A DNA stretch of 64,000 nucleotides from a virus (Duplodnaviria > Caudoviricetes): positions 32,001 to 96,000 of IMG/VR virus record IMGVR_UViG_3300005611_001698; one strand, 5' to 3'. The translations under genes and the position numbers were made by a program. The notes below the pieces were generated by a model. The model did not search any database and was not told where the DNA came from. It saw only the letters and a list, made by a program, of their open reading frames with translations. Shown here piece after piece: positions 36,322 through 45,034 of this stretch (position 1 is its first letter; every line of letters starts with the position of its first letter).

Positions 36322-36987
36322 TTATCTAATGAAGTCGTTCTGGCGCAACCACTTTTCAGTTAATGGTGTTGGGGGATACACTTCCCACATATTTCCAGCA
36401 GCACAAGCATGAAGTGCTTCCTGTGTCATGCCAGCAGTATGTCCTGCCCACATAGCTTCACGTTCCCATGGAAGTGATTGTGCTGGATATGTGTCTTTTG
36501 CGATTGCTGCCCAATATGCAGGAACATCTTCTTCTGGTTTAATGATAGCAATCATTGAATTATTAATACTGCCTGCCATACAATCTTGTGCAGCGTGCCA
36601 ACCTTCGTGACGCATGACACTCATCAAAGTGCTTTGGCGATGCATAAAAGCATCATTAAGATAGAAATTATTACTTACGGTATGATAAACGCCACGGTGA
36701 CCAGGTGGGAAATATTTTTGATCTGCTAGAAAAACCACAACTCCGATCTGATTAAGGGATACCAGCATCTGGTTAAACTCATCAGCAACAGCGTTATAAT
36801 CAGACTCGGGATACCTATTTTTAAGATCGTTGATACTAAAAATTTGGTGGACATTATCTTTACATTCTTGGAGCAACATACATCCCATTGCATCCATAGT
36901 AAAGTATCCTTTGGTTGGTTCAGCAAGGACGGGTGATGCTATTAAAAGCAGAGCACTAAGAATAAATTTTTGCATAGTAAGCCTCAA
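36322..36987 (-). CDS. Secreted zincin-like metallopeptidase
   Basis: Signal peptide; HEGWH (HExxH) with downstream WEREA. Confidence 0.65.
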   Translation of the reverse strand: MRLTMQKFILSALLLIASPVLAEPTKGYFTMDAMGCMLLQECKDNVHQIFSINDLKNRYPESDYNAVADEFNQMLVSLNQIGVVVFLADQKYFPPGHRGVYHTVSNNFYLNDAFMHRQSTLMSVMRHEGWHAAQDCMAGSINNSMIAIIKPEEDVPAYWAAIAKDTYPAQSLPWEREAMWAGHTAGMTQEALHACAAGNMWEVYPPTPLTEKWLRQNDFIR

Positions 36988-37177
36988 AATATTTCACAAT
37001 CCCAAAATGAGTTTTGTGTCCTTGTGATACCCAGTCATGAGCACACTCATAAATGGACTGTGTTGAATATTTAGGCTTTCCGCTATCTATTTGCCCACCA
37101 AACTTCGTGAGAAGAATATTTAATACTTTCTCACGAAGTTTTAAACGATCATTGTCGTAGCGCCAATCTTGATTCAT
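36956..37177 (-). CDS. Hypothetical protein
   Basis: 73-aa ORF; IYECAHDWVSQG. Confidence 0.75.
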   Translation of the reverse strand: MNQDWRYDNDRLKLREKVLNILLTKFGGQIDSGKPKYSTQSIYECAHDWVSQGHKTHFGIVKYFEAYYAKIYS

Positions 37178-37791
37178 TAGAATACAAACTTTTTAACATA
37201 GTCATATGCATATAACTCACGGTTCCCTTTAATACCCCAACCTAACCAGTAATATGCAGCAACCATATATTGCCTTACAGGACGCCCCGTTCCCTCAAAC
37301 TCTGGCAGATACTTTTGAAAGATGGGTTCATTAATCATATAACGTGTCTGACATTTCAATTCTGAGGGATCACAATCATACTTTCTAGCAAACTTACCTA
37401 GCCCCAGATAACGACCCGTAGAGGTCCACTGAATGAGTCCGTAACCACCGCGATGGCAATTATGATAAGAAACCCTAGCACCTCCCTCACAAATATTGGC
37501 ATGGAAGTTACTTTCTGATTTAATATTTCCAAGAATTGTTGCGAGTGCATTACGATCAACGATATTTGTCTTTTCTTGGAGTTGTTCTAAAACGTATTGT
37601 TCAGCAGGAGAACATGTGGGACACTTCCATTTTTTCTCTTCCACTTCGATTTTTACAACCTTTTCTGGATTTACTTCTCCAACAACTGGTTCATTTACTG
37701 CTGGTGGTGCTTTGATATCACTTAAAGTTGGATAAGCACAAGCAGCAGGAATAGAGGTTGCCAAAACAAGTGGCAGGATTTTTTTGAACAT
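37177..37791 (-). CDS. Phage tail lysozyme-like muramidase with signal peptide
   Basis: ILGNIKSES..GYGLIQWT..R (Phage_lysozyme2-like). Confidence 0.8.
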   Translation of the reverse strand: MFKKILPLVLATSIPAACAYPTLSDIKAPPAVNEPVVGEVNPEKVVKIEVEEKKWKCPTCSPAEQYVLEQLQEKTNIVDRNALATILGNIKSESNFHANICEGGARVSYHNCHRGGYGLIQWTSTGRYLGLGKFARKYDCDPSELKCQTRYMINEPIFQKYLPEFEGTGRPVRQYMVAAYYWLGWGIKGNRELYAYDYVKKFVF

Positions 37792-37865
37792 TTGAATGGT
37801 AAACTCAACATCCGTCTAGGCAAGGGAGAGGTTCCCCTTCTCGGGGGCAGTGCCCACGGCTCATG

Positions 37866-38321
37866 TTATTTAGAAAAGTAATCCTTTCGGTAGTACCTTC
37901 CTAAGATGTTGCTATTATAGTATGCAGGGGTCCCGTCTGTCAAGGATTCCGTTAAGACATTGTTAAGAAAAAGTTGACGGGTCTCCTCAAAATTAGTTTT
38001 TCCTACCGTGGAATGTAAAGATAGGATTTCTCGTTTGAAGGAAGAATGTCCATATTTTGCAATATCTTCTTTAAGCTCTGGACAACTTCCGTAGTATTTT
38101 TTCCAGTTACTTTCAGTTGTAACTCTTCTCCTCCGTGCATTACTAGAACAAGTTCTAGGTTTTCGTTTTTGCCAGAAATATTTTCTTCCGATGTATTTTT
38201 TACCATTAGCGATGTTAGTGATGCGGTACACAAAACCGTAGCAATCACCAATGTCATCGGATGTGAAAGGGCGTCCTTCAAAAATCCAGGGGTTTTCATA
38301 ATCACACTCTATATTCTTCAA
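37866..38321 (-). CDS. GIY-YIG endonuclease
   Basis: GFVYRITNIANGKKYIGRK..YYGS..FKREIL..YYNSNI. Confidence 0.85.
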   Translation of the reverse strand: MKNIECDYENPWIFEGRPFTSDDIGDCYGFVYRITNIANGKKYIGRKYFWQKRKPRTCSSNARRRRVTTESNWKKYYGSCPELKEDIAKYGHSSFKREILSLHSTVGKTNFEETRQLFLNNVLTESLTDGTPAYYNSNILGRYYRKDYFSK

Positions 38322-38460
38322 TGATATTCAATACCTCGTCCAAATATTTATGGGCAAGGTTCAGTTCATAATCGCCACCATGAGGTTCACGATACAACTT
38401 GTCTTTGAGTTTTAGAACGCGCATTTTCATTTCATCGCGTTTAAGTTCGTTTCTAGACAT
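38302..38460 (-). CDS. Hypothetical protein (52 aa)
   Basis: Hand-translated MSRNELKRDEMKMRVLKLK..AHKYLDEVLNIIEEYRV. Confidence 0.65.
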   Translation of the reverse strand: MSRNELKRDEMKMRVLKLKDKLYREPHGGDYELNLAHKYLDEVLNIIEEYRV

Positions 38461-38687
38461 TACCATCTGTTTCTACCAAAATGTTTTGTGTAATCATATT
38501 TCATTGCACCAAGAGCCCAAGAGTCAGTAAGACTTTTAGGACCCTCAGTAAGAAGCTGACGTTGCTTCTCAGAAAGTGTAGCACCTTTCCATGCCAAATA
38601 GGTTTCGGTCCAGGTTTGAGGTGCTTCTATGTTTTGATTCTCTAACTCATCAGAGTTGGAATCCAGCAAATGTTTTCTTTGTGACAT
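38460..38687 (-). CDS. Hypothetical protein
   Basis: LTEGPKSLTDSWALGAMKYDY; start uncertain. Confidence 0.65.
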   Translation of the reverse strand: MSQRKHLLDSNSDELENQNIEAPQTWTETYLAWKGATLSEKQRQLLTEGPKSLTDSWALGAMKYDYTKHFGRNRW

Positions 38688-39837
38688 CTTGTTTGATACC
38701 TCCGACAATATAAGACTCAACCTCAGTTTCCTGAGGAGCAACTTGAAGACCCTTAGAGGAAATCCAATGCTGAGTCCATGGTAGTGGATTGTTCTTGGCA
38801 GCAATATCATAGCACGGTTTCATGCCAATGGCTTTAAGTCTACGATTGGCAATCCACTCAACATACTGATGAAGCAGTTTGTCATTGAGTCCAATCATAC
38901 TACCGTCTTTGAAGAGATATTGTGCCCAACGTTTCTCTTCGTTAACAGCACGGTCAAAAAGTGCATACAACCACTCTTTCTCTTCCTCAAAAATCTTTTT
39001 CATTTCAGGATCATCACCCTCTGCCCATTTGTTCAGAATATTCTGAGTCAAAACTAAGTGTTGGTTTTCGTCCCGTGCGATGAGGGAAATAATTTTAGCA
39101 GATCCTTCCATGAGTTTGAGCTCACCGAAGGCAAATGAACAGGCGAAAGACACATAGAATCGTATGCCTTCCAGAACGTTGACATTTGCGATTGCGCGGA
39201 AGAGTTTCCGTTTGAGTTCATACCTTGTTTCTTTGAAAGTACCAGCACCTTCAATCGCATGTTCCCATGCGTTAGATGAACCATACTGCTGTGCCTCACG
39301 AATGAAGTCGTTATACGCTCCTGTAACGCTCTCAGCGCGTTCTAGAATACGATCATCCGTGAGAATAGTATCAAACACCTCACTGGGGTTTGAATACACG
39401 TTTTTGATGATGTAAGTATAGGAGCGACTATGGATCATCTCCATAAACTCCCATACGGTCATTGCTGCTTCCAACTCAGGCAAAGAGCAATATGGGATAA
39501 AAGCCATCCCAGGACCACGACCCTGAACAGAGTCAAGCATAATCTGATACTTCAAGTTAGAAGTGTAGATATGCTTTTGCTCTGGACGCAGTGTTTGATA
39601 ATCTCCACGATCTTTTTGAAGAGAGACCTCCTCAGGTCTCCAAAAATATCCTAACTGTTGAGTTGTAAGTTTATCAAAGACAGGATACTTATATGAATCA
39701 TATCTTTGAACTCCCAGTGGAGCACCAAAGAACATTGGTTGTTTTTTGGTGTCTACTTGGTTGGCGTTGAAAACTGTCATGCCTTCAACTCTCCTAGATT
39801 CTGGATTGTCGTTGAGTTTAAACTGCACAGGACTCAC
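38650..39837 (-). CDS. nrdB: Ribonucleotide reductase class Ia beta subunit
   Basis: FWRPEE, EMIHSRSY, LEGIRFYVSFA, ARDENQH, VAPQETE. Confidence 0.97.
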   Translation of the reverse strand: MSPVQFKLNDNPESRRVEGMTVFNANQVDTKKQPMFFGAPLGVQRYDSYKYPVFDKLTTQQLGYFWRPEEVSLQKDRGDYQTLRPEQKHIYTSNLKYQIMLDSVQGRGPGMAFIPYCSLPELEAAMTVWEFMEMIHSRSYTYIIKNVYSNPSEVFDTILTDDRILERAESVTGAYNDFIREAQQYGSSNAWEHAIEGAGTFKETRYELKRKLFRAIANVNVLEGIRFYVSFACSFAFGELKLMEGSAKIISLIARDENQHLVLTQNILNKWAEGDDPEMKKIFEEEKEWLYALFDRAVNEEKRWAQYLFKDGSMIGLNDKLLHQYVEWIANRRLKAIGMKPCYDIAAKNNPLPWTQHWISSKGLQVAPQETEVESYIVGGIKQDVTKKTFAGFQL

Positions 39838-42115
39838 ATTCCCCTTCGTTAGCGTTTTCTAATTCTACCATCAAAGCTTCCAGTTTGGAAGACTTATCTT
39901 CTACCTCATCAGTCTTTTGATCGTGAGTGTTCTGATAGTAGGATGTCTTCCATCCATACTTGTATGTAGTTAAAAGATCATTTGCCATGACTGATGTAGG
40001 AACTTCACCATCAGGATAGTGCTCTGGATTATAAGACCAATTACCACTGATAGCTTGGTCAAAGAATTTTTGCATCATAGCAACAACATTGATATAACCA
40101 GTGTTATTAGGCATATCCCAAAGAAGAGTATAGTTGTTTTTGAGATGCGAATACCCAGGAACAATCTGTTTAAGAGGTCCTTTCTTGGATTTCTTAATGG
40201 ACAAATAATCTCTGGGTGGTTCGATTCCATTGGTTGCATTTGACACAACGGAACTGCTCTCCGATGGCATCTGTGCGGACAATGTACTGTGTCGCAGTCC
40301 GAACTCTTTGATAGAATCTCGTAAACTATCCCAATCATGCTGCAACTCTGGATTAGCAATATCGTCTACATCTTTTTTGTAAGTGTCGATTGGAAGAATA
40401 CCATCAGCATACTTAGTACGACCAAAGTATTCACAATGACCTTTCTCCCTTGCAAGTTGATTTGATGCTTTCAGGAGATAATACTGGAAGGATTCTGCTA
40501 GTTTATGAACTGCATCCCATGCCCCTAAGGAATCGTAATTAAATCCAAGTTTGGCAAGATAATGTGCAAGACCAATAAATCCAATACCAAGTGATCTACG
40601 TGCCTTAGTACAGATCTCTGCTGCTTTAATTGGGTATTCTTGATAGTCAATCAACTCATCAAGACCACGAACAGAAAGATCACATAAGTTTTCAAGTTCT
40701 TCATCAGACTTCACTTTACCAACATTAATCGCAGAGAGAATACAGAGAGCAATCTCACCCATTTCATCATCAATATGTTGAAGAGGAACCGTTGGCAGAG
40801 TGATTTCTTGACAAAGATTACTCATCTCAACCTTATCTTTAAAAGAAGAGTGTGAGTTGCAGTGATCGATGTTCATGATATAGATTCGACCCGTCTCTGC
40901 TCTCTCTTTCAGGAGGTCCAGAATGAGTTCCTGAGCTTTGACAGTCTTTCTTGGAACAGAGTTATCTGATTCATAACCCACATAAAGGTCGTCAAATCGA
41001 TCAGTACCAAAAGCATCATACAAACCAGGAACATCGTGGGGAGAGAAGAGTGAGATCTCTCCATCTTGGATGAATCGTTCATAGAAGATTTTGCTGATCT
41101 GGATACTGTAATCTAGTTTACGAACACGATTGTCCTCAGTTCCTTTGTTGTTTTTGAGAACAATGATATCCTCTATTTCTTGGTGCCAGATTGGAAAGTG
41201 GACAGTTGCGCTTCCACCTCGGATGCCATTTTGAGTGCAGCATCGGACAGTTGCTTCAAACTTTTTAAGGAAAGGGACAACGCCTGTATGCTGAACTTCG
41301 CCACCTCTGATTTTACTGTTGATGCCCCTGATGCGACCTGCGTTGATACCGATGCCCGCCCTTTGTGCAACATATCTGCCGATAGCCATATCACTAGTAA
41401 AGATACTATCGAGGGTGTCATCAACATCAACAAGAACACAGCTAGCAAATTGTCGAAGTGGAGTTCGCACTCCCGCCATGATAGGTGTGGGAATGTTGAT
41501 TTTGTGTTTTGAGATTGCGTTGTAGTAGCGTCGGACATAATCGAGACGTGTTTCCTTAGGGTAGTCTTGGAAGATCGTCAGGGCAATCATGATGTACATA
41601 AACTGTGGCGTTTCATATACTGCGCCACTGCTTCTGTCCTGCACAAGATACTTGTCAACGACCTGACGTAAACCCGCATAAGTGAAAAGATAGTCACGAT
41701 GATGATCGATAAACGAATCAATTTTATCAATCTCTTCCTGAGAGTATTTAACAAAAACCTCTTTGTCATAAAGACCTTGATATGCAAGTTTTGTAATATG
41801 TTCGCTTAGTGAAGGAATATCATCAATACAGTTATACAGGGATTTTCTAAGAGAAAACAGCAGTAACCTTGCAGCAACATATTGATAGTTGGGATGATCC
41901 AAATCGATCAAATCTGATGCAGCACGAATCAAGATTTTTTGAATCTCTGCCGTAGTAATACCATCATAGAACTGAATACCAGACTTCATCTCAACTTGAC
42001 TTGCAGAGACGCCTGCAAGACCCTCACATGCCTTGCCAACCATCAAGTGCATCTTATCTAAGTCGAGTGGTTCAATTCTACCATCTCTCTTTTTTACTTC
42101 GATACCGTTGCTCAT
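39818..42115 (-). CDS. nrdA: Ribonucleotide reductase class Ia alpha subunit
   Basis: ATP cone, QFASC, SNLCQEI, C-terminal CESC. Confidence 0.98.
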   Translation of the reverse strand: MSNGIEVKKRDGRIEPLDLDKMHLMVGKACEGLAGVSASQVEMKSGIQFYDGITTAEIQKILIRAASDLIDLDHPNYQYVAARLLLFSLRKSLYNCIDDIPSLSEHITKLAYQGLYDKEVFVKYSQEEIDKIDSFIDHHRDYLFTYAGLRQVVDKYLVQDRSSGAVYETPQFMYIMIALTIFQDYPKETRLDYVRRYYNAISKHKINIPTPIMAGVRTPLRQFASCVLVDVDDTLDSIFTSDMAIGRYVAQRAGIGINAGRIRGINSKIRGGEVQHTGVVPFLKKFEATVRCCTQNGIRGGSATVHFPIWHQEIEDIIVLKNNKGTEDNRVRKLDYSIQISKIFYERFIQDGEISLFSPHDVPGLYDAFGTDRFDDLYVGYESDNSVPRKTVKAQELILDLLKERAETGRIYIMNIDHCNSHSSFKDKVEMSNLCQEITLPTVPLQHIDDEMGEIALCILSAINVGKVKSDEELENLCDLSVRGLDELIDYQEYPIKAAEICTKARRSLGIGFIGLAHYLAKLGFNYDSLGAWDAVHKLAESFQYYLLKASNQLAREKGHCEYFGRTKYADGILPIDTYKKDVDDIANPELQHDWDSLRDSIKEFGLRHSTLSAQMPSESSSVVSNATNGIEPPRDYLSIKKSKKGPLKQIVPGYSHLKNNYTLLWDMPNNTGYINVVAMMQKFFDQAISGNWSYNPEHYPDGEVPTSVMANDLLTTYKYGWKTSYYQNTHDQKTDEVEDKSSKLEALMVELENANEGECESCAV

Positions 42116-43080
42116 ATTTTTTTCCAAAGATTAAATTTGAGTTGTGCTTCTAAACCAGAATAGGTGTTTGATTCTATCATTTTCCGAACATCATGTCCAG
42201 CCATAACCATATCATTAATATCCTTTTCTTCAATTGAAGAAGGCCAAATGACTATCTTATCTCCTCGCTGTATAGTCTTAGCGATACGTTGTAAGATTTC
42301 TCGATTGCGTGGTTCGTTATCATAGATCCAAACAGGATCGCTAATCCCCCACTTACTAATATCAGCATCAGCTCCACACATAGCAATCGCATTGCAAAGG
42401 AACGTGCTATCAAATGGTCCTTCTGTAATATAGATTGGTTTTGATCGATCAATTTCATCAAGTCCATAAATTTTTGGCGCATCATCATCAAGCATGATAG
42501 TGATATATTTAACCTTGCTAGGACCTAAGGATCTCCCTTGGAATCCAACTAAGTTATTCTCATAAAACAGAGGAATTATAATGCGAGGTTCATCATGTCT
42601 CACATCTTCAAATGTTTCTTTGTGTGAATTGACAAATGCCTTGAAGTTCTCAGCAAAATAAAACTTGGAGGGATCGATCATCCTAGCAGTGAGATAACCA
42701 CTTGCACTAGAATTCTCTGATGCCCTAGGTAAATTTATCTTCTTTTTAAAGATTGGTTTTTCAAAGTTGAACTGTGGATTTTCTATGATGGTTGCTTTAC
42801 CAGTCTTCCCATCTTTAAACTTCTCAAAGACATATTGTTTCTGGATCATTGGATCCAGTTGCTTTAAAAAGTTATTGAATGTCATAGATACGCCACAGTT
42901 ATGACATTTGAAGTTAGTATCTCTCTTCATTGAATAGAGATACCCTCTGGTCTTTGATTTACTTTTTTTAGAGTCTCCGCAGAGAGGGCAACGAAAATTA
43001 AATAAATCTGCTTTGACTCTTTTAAACTTTTCTAATCTACAAGATATAATTCCAATGTATTTTGAATCAATGTGATCCAT
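42112..43080 (-). CDS. g61: DNA primase gp61
   Basis: CPLCGDS..CHNCG zinc finger; EGPFDS TOPRIM; DNEPRN. Confidence 0.95.
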   Translation of the reverse strand: MDHIDSKYIGIISCRLEKFKRVKADLFNFRCPLCGDSKKSKSKTRGYLYSMKRDTNFKCHNCGVSMTFNNFLKQLDPMIQKQYVFEKFKDGKTGKATIIENPQFNFEKPIFKKKINLPRASENSSASGYLTARMIDPSKFYFAENFKAFVNSHKETFEDVRHDEPRIIIPLFYENNLVGFQGRSLGPSKVKYITIMLDDDAPKIYGLDEIDRSKPIYITEGPFDSTFLCNAIAMCGADADISKWGISDPVWIYDNEPRNREILQRIAKTIQRGDKIVIWPSSIEEKDINDMVMAGHDVRKMIESNTYSGLEAQLKFNLWKKI

Positions 43081-43468
43081 TCACAACGGTTGCCACTGGG
43101 GATATCATAGCACTTTCAGCACTGGAAATCAAGGGTTTTAGAGTTTTGATTGCCTGTGGATTTGTTGTTGCTATAATTGCTCCCAATACTCCGATAGCAA
43201 TCCAAAGTTTCCGTTCCAGTTTTGATAATCTTGCAACGACGCCGTTATGATCGCTGTCCATTTTATCACGGAGTTTGTCGATTTTATCAAATAATACTGA
43301 GTCCATTTCTTCTTGTTTTGATATTCTTTCTTCATGGACGGCAAGCATCCGCGACACATTATTATTTACCTCAGCAATCTTTTCAATGGCAGCATCTAAC
43401 TTGGAAACAACAGACTCAAAGTTTTGCAGTTTTTCTTCTAAAATAGCAACCTTTACTTGTTCTGCCAT
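43067..43468 (-). CDS. Coiled-coil protein with C-terminal TM
   Basis: KLDAAIEKI..MLAVHEERI. Confidence 0.75.
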   Translation of the reverse strand: MAEQVKVAILEEKLQNFESVVSKLDAAIEKIAEVNNNVSRMLAVHEERISKQEEMDSVLFDKIDKLRDKMDSDHNGVVARLSKLERKLWIAIGVLGAIIATTNPQAIKTLKPLISSAESAMISPVATVVNGSH

Positions 43469-43644
43469 CTTTTACGGCTCCCGATTCCTAGTGAAAGATA
43501 AGTTTTTTTCTTTAATCTTTTTCTCACCGGAGGATCATCGCCAGCTTCAACAGTTCCCGCAATATTTCCACTGCCCACATTTACTGTTGGTGCCTCTTCC
43601 CTGAAATATTCAAGTATTTTATTCAGTATCTTGTCCTTGTCCAT
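43453..43644 (-). CDS. Small hypothetical protein (possible head-internal peptide)
   Basis: FREEAPTVNVGSGNIAG..DDPPV. Confidence 0.7.
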   Translation of the reverse strand: MDKDKILNKILEYFREEAPTVNVGSGNIAGTVEAGDDPPVRKRLKKKTYLSLGIGSRKRWQNK

Positions 43645-44017
43645 TGTATTCCAGTTGAAGGAGTCTAAAACATTCTAGATCAACTTTAATATCATGAATA
43701 TAACTTTTTGGAGTTTGAGGAAAACGGTTCAAGAATAATAAAAAAGATTTCATCGTTGGCCAAAGATCTCTATCAATCTTGTAAAATAAAAGAGGAATAG
43801 TAGCATCCCCAAAAATATTAAACAAAATAATAAAGTGATTAACCAGAAGATGAGATTTAAGTTCTCCTGTTTTTTTGAAACGTTTCAATAATCTTTTGAT
43901 ATATTTGAAACGTTTCAAATCATCCAAAAAGTCTTCTTTGGTTACAGAATGTGGATTCTCATAATGACGAATTGCAAAAAGCATGTAATTGTCATCATTT
44001 AATTCACGAAATATCAT
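43619..44017 (-). CDS. Conserved T4-like hypothetical protein
   Basis: FAIRHYENP..DDLKRFKYIKRL..LLVNHFIILFNIFG. Confidence 0.82.
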   Translation of the reverse strand: MIFRELNDDNYMLFAIRHYENPHSVTKEDFLDDLKRFKYIKRLLKRFKKTGELKSHLLVNHFIILFNIFGDATIPLLFYKIDRDLWPTMKSFLLFLNRFPQTPKSYIHDIKVDLECFRLLQLEYNGQGQDTE

Positions 44018-44023
44018 TCTTCA

Positions 44024-44572
44024 TCAGACGTAGTTAGGATATGGTTCGTTACCAGTCTGAATACCAGACATAGCAACAAGAACCTCAGTCTTGACTCTTA
44101 GGTTGCCGTGATTATCAGTATAGGTCTGAACACCAACCCAACCAGAGTGGGCAGGACGATATCCAGTAGCAGTTGCAAGACCTTGATATCCAATGGTCAT
44201 GGCAGTTGAACCAACGCCAAAGTATCTTGCAGTTGCAATACCAGATGTTCTTGCCTCAGCAACGGCAAGGGGATCCTCATCCAGAGACTTAGGCATTGTG
44301 GTGAGCGAGTAAGCAACACCAGCAATGGCACCGGTGGCATCAGGAATCAGAGCAGCAGTCGTTCCAATCGCAACAACTGTGGTGCTTGATACACTAACGA
44401 TCTGAGCAAAACCACAAGTGGCACCAAGACCAAGTTTAATCATTGGTGAATCAGTTCCGATTCCTGCCTCAAAGGGACCAGGTTCAATAGTAATAGTATT
44501 AGCAGCGAGATCAACAGTGGCGATACCTACGGCAACCGACTGAAAATTGTCTCTATCTCCCCAAAGAGCCAT
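44024..44572 (-). CDS. Putative virion structural protein
   Basis: MALWG N-terminus; HSGWV..RVKTEVLVAM C-terminus; TATAAATA late promoter 44607-44600. Confidence 0.65.
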   Translation of the reverse strand: MALWGDRDNFQSVAVGIATVDLAANTITIEPGPFEAGIGTDSPMIKLGLGATCGFAQIVSVSSTTVVAIGTTAALIPDATGAIAGVAYSLTTMPKSLDEDPLAVAEARTSGIATARYFGVGSTAMTIGYQGLATATGYRPAHSGWVGVQTYTDNHGNLRVKTEVLVAMSGIQTGNEPYPNYV

Positions 44573-44605
44573 TTCTTTACCTAAAAGATTTCCTAAACAT
44601 ATTTA

Positions 44606-44640
44606 TAAAAATAGGAGACCTTAAAGTTTAGGTCTCCTAT
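44606..44640 (-). terminator. Rho-independent terminator
   Basis: ATAGGAGACCT..AGGTCTCCTATTTTT. Confidence 0.8.
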
Positions 44641-44668
44641 GATTGTACCAGTTTAAAAATTCAACCTT

Positions 44669-44875
44669 TCAGTTGATCTCTTCTCTGGATTTAATTGACT
44701 TGGTTACAACTTCTAAAAGTTGATCATCCATTTCTGTTTTGGTCAGTTTAACTGCCTTGCCGAGAATAACTAAACAAATCTCGATGAGTTTTTCGCCAAG
44801 TTCCTCATTATCAGGAATCTTAGCAACTGCATCTGCAACAATCTTAGATGCTAATGGAAGTAAAAAAGATAACAT
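44669..44875 (-). CDS. Hypothetical protein
   Basis: 68-aa ORF; KIPDNEELGEKL. Confidence 0.75.
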   Translation of the reverse strand: MLSFLLPLASKIVADAVAKIPDNEELGEKLIEICLVILGKAVKLTKTEMDDQLLEVVTKSIKSREEIN

Positions 44876-44923
44876 GATTCTAAAAAATACACCTCATCTT
44901 ATATAGCAAAAAGACTGATTAAA

Positions 44924-45034
44924 TCACTCCTTTGTTTCCAGGTATGCAATCCTCATGATATATCCAATAGATAGTCCAGTAAGAATAAGGAGAATCAATA
45001 CTAAAATATTAACAGACCAAACAACATTAGACAT
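44924..45034 (-). CDS. Small membrane peptide (36 aa)
   Basis: Hand-translated MSNVVWSVNILVLILLILTGLSIGYIMRIAYLETKE; TGATG coupling. Confidence 0.6.
   Translation of the reverse strand: MSNVVWSVNILVLILLILTGLSIGYIMRIAYLETKE

Noticed and set aside
37866-38321. GIY-YIG as a newly inserted homing endonuclease
   Set aside because: Catalytic domain only, no flanking repeats or regulatory hairpin seen; I recall this gene as commonly present after nrdB.
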